Shown: in pieces, positions 15,416-19,807 of the stretch
Layout of the letters: each line of letters begins with the position of its first letter
Position numbering within the stretch: position 1 is the stretch's first letter
DNA from: Nitrospinales bacterium
GTDB lineage: Bacteria; Nitrospinota; Nitrospinia; Nitrospinales; JAJDAT01
Direction of reading: 5' to 3'
Assembly: GCA_046757665.1 (NCBI GenBank)
Contig: JBHHYO010000052.1
Location: 1-19,807, forward strand
Length of the DNA stretch: 19,807 nucleotides
Notes under the pieces: generated by a model
What the model saw: only the letters and a program-made list of their open reading frames with translations
Database searches by the model: none
What the model was told of the DNA's origin: nothing
Program-made: the position numbers and the translations under genes

Positions 15416-16801
15416 TCAGATTTCTTTCAGGGCGGCGGCCAGTTTTTCGCAGGTGGTTTTGGCGTCGCCAAAGACCATTGAGGTGTTGTCCTGGTAAAAC
15501 AGGTTGTTGTCCACCCCCGCGTATCCGGGGTTCATGGAGCGCTTGCAGACGAAGACCAGTTTGGACTTGTAGACTTCCAGAATTGGCATCCCGTAAAGCG
15601 GGCTGGATTTGAGGGTCTTGGCATCGGGGTTGACCACGTCGTTGGCGCCGATGACAAAGCCCACGTCGGCGGTGGAAAATTCGTTGTTGATCTCTTCCAT
15701 TTCGAACACCACGTCGTAAGGCACGTCGGCCTCGGCGAGGAGGACGTTCATGTGTCCCGGCATACGCCCGGCAACGGGATGAATGGCGAATTTGACTTCC
15801 ACTTCCTTTTCCGCCAGCACTTCCATGATTTCCTTGACGGCGTGCTGGGCCTGGGCCACCGCCATGCCGTAACCCGGCACGATGATGACCTTGCTGGCGT
15901 TGGCCATCATGAATGCGGCGTCTTCGACGGCGGCTTCCTTGACGCCCTTGGCGCGGGCGGCGGTCATCGCTCCTTCATCGGCCTCGCCGGTGGCGCCGAA
16001 CCCGCCGAGAATGACGCTGATGAATGACCGGTTCATGGCCTTGCACATGATATAGGACAGGATGGCGCCGGAAGACCCCACCAGGGCGCCGGTGATGATG
16101 AGCAACATGTTGTTCAGCGTAAACCCGGTCGCCGCCGCCGCCCAGCCGGAATACGAATTGAGCATGGAGATGACCACGGGCATGTCCGCCCCGCCGATCG
16201 GAATGATGATCGTCACCCCAATGACGAAGGAAAGCAGGGTCAGGAGAACCAGAACGGTGTAGCTGTCGCTGACCAGGAATATCAGGCCGAGAACAAAGAC
16301 GATGATGATCATGACCAGATTGATCTTGTGCTGTCCCTCAAAAACCACCGGGGCGGATTTCAGGATTTCCTGAAGCTTGCCGAAGGCAATGACCGAACCG
16401 GTAAAGGTTACGGCGCCGATGAAACTGCCGAGAAACAACTCCGTCATCAGGGTGGCGTTGAGGGTGCCCTCGGCTTCATGGATGAGAAAGGTTCCCAGCG
16501 CCACCAGCACCGCCGCCATGCCCACCAGGCTGTGAAACGCGGCCACCAGTTGGGGCATGGCCTTCATCTGGATGTTCTGGGCGATGAAGATGCCGATCCC
16601 CGCGCCGATGATCATGGCGAGAAAAATCCATCCGTAGTTGCCGACATCGGGGTGGAACAGGGTGATGAAAATGGCGATGCCCATGCCGGTCATTCCGCTG
16701 GTATTGCCGCGGCGGGCGGTTTCCGGATGGCTCAATCCCTTCAGTCCGAAGATGAAGAGAACCCCGGCGGCCAAATAAACGAATGCGAAGAAATCGTGCA
16801 T
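15416..16801 (-). CDS. pntB: NAD(P) transhydrogenase subunit beta
   Basis: MPQLVAAFHSLVG, IGGADMPVVISMLNSYSGWA, VPGYGMAVAQAQH, IHPVAGRMPGHMNVLLAEA, GANDVVNP. Confidence 0.98.
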   Translation of the reverse strand: MHDFFAFVYLAAGVLFIFGLKGLSHPETARRGNTSGMTGMGIAIFITLFHPDVGNYGWIFLAMIIGAGIGIFIAQNIQMKAMPQLVAAFHSLVGMAAVLVALGTFLIHEAEGTLNATLMTELFLGSFIGAVTFTGSVIAFGKLQEILKSAPVVFEGQHKINLVMIIIVFVLGLIFLVSDSYTVLVLLTLLSFVIGVTIIIPIGGADMPVVISMLNSYSGWAAAATGFTLNNMLLIITGALVGSSGAILSYIMCKAMNRSFISVILGGFGATGEADEGAMTAARAKGVKEAAVEDAAFMMANASKVIIVPGYGMAVAQAQHAVKEIMEVLAEKEVEVKFAIHPVAGRMPGHMNVLLAEADVPYDVVFEMEEINNEFSTADVGFVIGANDVVNPDAKTLKSSPLYGMPILEVYKSKLVFVCKRSMNPGYAGVDNNLFYQDNTSMVFGDAKTTCEKLAAALKEI

Positions 16802-16813
16802 GGGGCAGGTTCC

Positions 16814-17203
16814 TTAACGTTTTTGCTTTTTAAACATGGCCAGCATCCGCCGGGTCACCGCGAAGCCGCCAAAAACATTGATGGAGGCGATGAGCACGGC
16901 GACAAAGCCCAGGGCGCCGACATCCGCCCCGCTCTCGTTGCCGATGACCAGCAGGGCGCCGACGATGATGATGCCCGAAATGGCGTTGGTCACGGCTATG
17001 AGGGGCGTGTGAAGCGCCGGAGTGACATTCCAGATGACGTGGTATCCCACGAAACAAGCCAGCACAAACACGATAAAACCCGTCATGAACGGCGAGAGGG
17101 CCTCCGTTCCGTGCGCTACCGCGGCCACCGCGGTTTCCGCCGTTTTCGCCACTTCGGTGGCGCTTGCGCCGAGGCTGGATATCAATAAATGCTCGATTGC
17201 CAT
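16814..17203 (-). CDS. pntAb: NAD(P) transhydrogenase subunit alpha part 2 (membrane)
   Basis: VTPALHTPL...TNAISG...[19 protein letters not shown] 17203 follows an AGGAG RBS. Confidence 0.95.
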   Translation of the reverse strand: MAIEHLLISSLGASATEVAKTAETAVAAVAHGTEALSPFMTGFIVFVLACFVGYHVIWNVTPALHTPLIAVTNAISGIIIVGALLVIGNESGADVGALGFVAVLIASINVFGGFAVTRRMLAMFKKQKR

Positions 17204-17242
17204 GATGTTCTCTCCTTGCAATTATTCCGATGCCGGTCCCGT

Positions 17243-18367
17243 TCAGGCTCGCTTGAAGCGGACGGTTCCCTCGTGGGTGACCAGAGCCTTGTCGACGATC
17301 TCATCCTGCAAGTCCAGGTTCAGCGTCGGCGGGTCCTCCGCCTTGATTAAAATGGACAGCAGGTTGACGAGGTTGCGGGCGAAAAAGTTGCTGGCGTCGG
17401 CAGGCATGGCGGCCGGAAAATTGGTGTTGCCGATGAGGGTGACGTTGTGTTTGACCACGGTTTTGCCGGCCTCGGTGAGGCGGCAGTTTCCCCCATTGGC
17501 CGCGGCCAGGTCGACGATGACCGAGCCGGGCGCCATTCCTTTGACGGCGTCTTCGGTGATCAGCTCCGGCGCCGGGCGGCCGGGGATCAGCGCCGTGGAA
17601 ACGACGACATCCGCCTTTTTCAATCGTTCGGTCAACGCCTGCTGTTGCCGGGCCTTGCCTTCCTCGGAAAGCTCTTTGGCGTAACCGCCCTCGCCGGCGC
17701 CGTCCTCGTCGCCGAGGTCCAGGTCGATGAACTTGGCGCCCAGGGACTGGACTTGCTCCTTGACCTCCGGACGGACGTCGAAAGCCTCGACGTTGCAACC
17801 CAGCCGCCGCGCGGTGGCGATGGCTTGCAGTCCGGCCACGCCGGCGCCCAGAACAACCAGCCGCGCCGGTTTTGCCGACCCGGCCGCCGTCATCATGGTT
17901 GGGAAAAACCGGCCATGGTGTACCGCCGCCTCGAGGACGGCGCGGTATCCGGCGATGTTGGCTTGCGATGACAGGGCGTCCATGGACTGCGCCCGGGAGA
18001 TGCGCGGAATCAATTCCAGCCCGATGGCGTTTACGCCCGCCTCCGCCAGTTTTTCCATGAGCCCGTCGTCGTTAAACGGTTCGATATGCGATATCAAAAG
18101 CGCTCCCCGGTGCATGAGGGCCACTTCGCTTTCCGTGGGGCGCTGTACCTTAAGAACGATGTCCGCGTCGAAAGCGGTTTGGGTATCGACAATTTCCGCA
18201 TCTACGGCGGTGTACTCCGCATCCGGGAAAAACGCCTGTGCGCCTGCCCCGGATTCCACAAGAACTTTCAACTCCTTGCATTTGGCGCGGAGCCTTTTGA
18301 GGGAATCGGGTGTGGCGGCAACGCGCTTTTCTCCGCTACCGCTTTCCTTGGGAACGCCAATTTTCAT
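17243..18367 (-). CDS. pntAa: NAD(P) transhydrogenase subunit alpha part 1 (NAD-binding domain I)
   Basis: MKIGVPKE...EKRVAATP, PRISRAQSMDALSSQ, GAGVAGL, GEGGYAKE, TALIPGRPAP. Confidence 0.97.
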   Translation of the reverse strand: MKIGVPKESGSGEKRVAATPDSLKRLRAKCKELKVLVESGAGAQAFFPDAEYTAVDAEIVDTQTAFDADIVLKVQRPTESEVALMHRGALLISHIEPFNDDGLMEKLAEAGVNAIGLELIPRISRAQSMDALSSQANIAGYRAVLEAAVHHGRFFPTMMTAAGSAKPARLVVLGAGVAGLQAIATARRLGCNVEAFDVRPEVKEQVQSLGAKFIDLDLGDEDGAGEGGYAKELSEEGKARQQQALTERLKKADVVVSTALIPGRPAPELITEDAVKGMAPGSVIVDLAAANGGNCRLTEAGKTVVKHNVTLIGNTNFPAAMPADASNFFARNLVNLLSILIKAEDPPTLNLDLQDEIVDKALVTHEGTVRFKRA

Positions 18368-18530
18368 TGTTCATAAGCCTTTTAAAAAAAGTAATCGTTC
18401 GGGGCGCATCCGAAATAATATTGAAAACCCAAGGAAGGTCAACAAAAATCATGAGTTTTCCTGAAAAAAATCTCGCTTCCGGCTCTTGCAGGGAGTTTCG
18501 GGATATTTTTCGGAGGCTGAATTGCGGGGT

Positions 18531-18559
18531 AGTATAGTATGTTCGCCCTGCTACCACAA
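18531..18559 (-). promoter_or_regulatory. Putative sigma70 promoter of the pnt operon
   Basis: Minus strand TTGTGG (18559-18554), 17 nt, TATACT (18536-18531), about 165 nt upstream of the pntAa ATG. Confidence 0.45.
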
Positions 18560-18608
18560 GGAAAGAACGCGGGTTGTCCGGCCAGTAGTTTTTCGATCGG
18601 GAATGGGT

Positions 18609-19748
18609 TCAGCTTTCTTTGAGGGAGAAGGACGAGGCGGTTTGTTTTTTGGGAAGGGTCACAACAAAGGTACTGCCCTTTTGCGGCAGGCTTCGGGCGG
18701 TAATTTCGCCGCCATGCCGCACGACGATTTTTTGGCAGATGGCCAGCCCCATGCCGGTGCCGTCATAGGGTTCGCCCCGCCCATGCAGTCGTTCAAACGG
18801 TTTGAAAATACGGGGAAAGTATTTCTCGTCAAAGCCGATGCCGTTATCCTCTATCGAGATTTTAATCCATCCGGTTTCGCACGGTACGCTTTTGACAGTT
18901 ACCTTGGGGGCTTTACCCGGCTTGCGAAATTTCAGCGCATTGGAAATCAGGTTCTGAAACAATTGGCACAGTTGCAGTTCATCGGCGTCGATGGAAGGCA
19001 GGGACTCCACGGTTATCCGGGCTCGCGTGCATTTTACCTGGGATTCCAAATCGATCAAAGCCCTGGACACCACCCGATTGATGTCCGTGTACCGGAACGG
19101 CAGGCCTTCCGTCCGCACCCTTGAATACTCGAGCAGGTCCTCGAGCAACTGTTTCATGCGGAGGGTGGCCTTTTGCATTCTCCGGAGGTAATCTTTTCCC
19201 CGGTCGTCCAGAATGTTGCCGTAAAGAGTTTCAACGCGGCTGGAAAAGGAAATGATTTTGCGTAGCGGTTCCTGTAAATCGTGCGAGGCGATAAAGGCAA
19301 AATCGTGGAGCGTCTGGTTGCTACGCTCCAGTTCGGCAGTATAATGCCTGAGTTCGGCCTGCATTTCCTTTTTCTCGGTGATGTCACGGACGATGCCGAC
19401 AAAGAGCCTCTCCTCGTCAAAAAACGCTTCCGTTATTCCAAGGTCCATGGGGAAAACGGATCCGTCCCTGCGTTTGCCAACCACTTCCCTGCCGATGCCG
19501 ATGATGTTGGCTTTCCCGGAGTCGAGATATTTTTTGATATAACCGTCGTGTTCCCGGCTATGCGGTTCCGGCATCAGCATACGGACGTTTTTCCCCAACA
19601 CCTTGTTTTCCCGGTAGCCGAAAATCCGTTCGGCGGCTGGATTGAACGACAAAATCGTGCCTCTCTCGTCTATGGATATGATTCCATCCAGCAAGTGATC
19701 AAGCACCGCTTTCTTGAAAATCTCGTCTTTTCGATGTGCTTTTTTCAT
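18609..19748 (-). CDS. Soluble PAS-domain sensor histidine kinase (FixL-like PAS, HisKA, HATPase)
   Basis: PAS FNPAAERIFGY...LMPEPHSREHDGYI...IIGIGREVVGKRRDGSVFPM; H-box ASHDLQEPLR; QNLISNALKF, DNGIG, FKPFERL, GTGMGLAIC; no TM helix. Start ATG 19748 or 19790. Confidence 0.93.
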   Translation of the reverse strand: MKKAHRKDEIFKKAVLDHLLDGIISIDERGTILSFNPAAERIFGYRENKVLGKNVRMLMPEPHSREHDGYIKKYLDSGKANIIGIGREVVGKRRDGSVFPMDLGITEAFFDEERLFVGIVRDITEKKEMQAELRHYTAELERSNQTLHDFAFIASHDLQEPLRKIISFSSRVETLYGNILDDRGKDYLRRMQKATLRMKQLLEDLLEYSRVRTEGLPFRYTDINRVVSRALIDLESQVKCTRARITVESLPSIDADELQLCQLFQNLISNALKFRKPGKAPKVTVKSVPCETGWIKISIEDNGIGFDEKYFPRIFKPFERLHGRGEPYDGTGMGLAICQKIVVRHGGEITARSLPQKGSTFVVTLPKKQTASSFSLKES

Positions 19749-19807
19749 CTTTTCCCGTCTTCGTACTATTAGGGTGTTTGCGGGCCGCATCCGCCTGATA
19801 TTTGCTC

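Noticed and set aside
15416..18367. Split pntA as a frameshift or pseudogene
   Set aside because: Three-subunit transhydrogenases are a known natural architecture, and pntAb has its own RBS.

Overview
Bacterial chromosomal window of moderately high GC. The gene content suggests a Nitrospina/deltaproteobacteria-like organism; this is inference only. Left to right: a minus-strand gene missing from the ORF track that runs off the left edge (Nmad3-like nucleotide-modification-associated protein), HD-GYP phosphodiesterase with a Cys-rich tail, cold-shock protein, ankyrin-repeat lipoprotein, NADPH-dependent FMN reductase, a small hypothetical, an XRE regulator, Hsp20, and a ~177-bp MITE/REP-like palindromic element. 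Next are a minus-strand operon (B12-binding radical SAM, queE, mutY with an intact Nudix box, CDF transporter) and a divergent D-2-hydroxyacid dehydrogenase. A minus-strand run follows: FixL-type PAS histidine kinase, three-gene transhydrogenase (pntAa, pntAb, pntB), small Gly-rich membrane protein, three tandem DUF1566-like genes (four domains), SEC-C protein, and a parvulin fused to an extra domain. I found no rRNA, tRNA, CRISPR array, transposase or reverse transcriptase. The best candidates for undescribed biology are the signal-less DUF1566 cluster with its SEC-C and parvulin-fusion neighbours, and the hidden Nmad3-like gene. All family assignments come from recognising motifs by eye, not from database searches.
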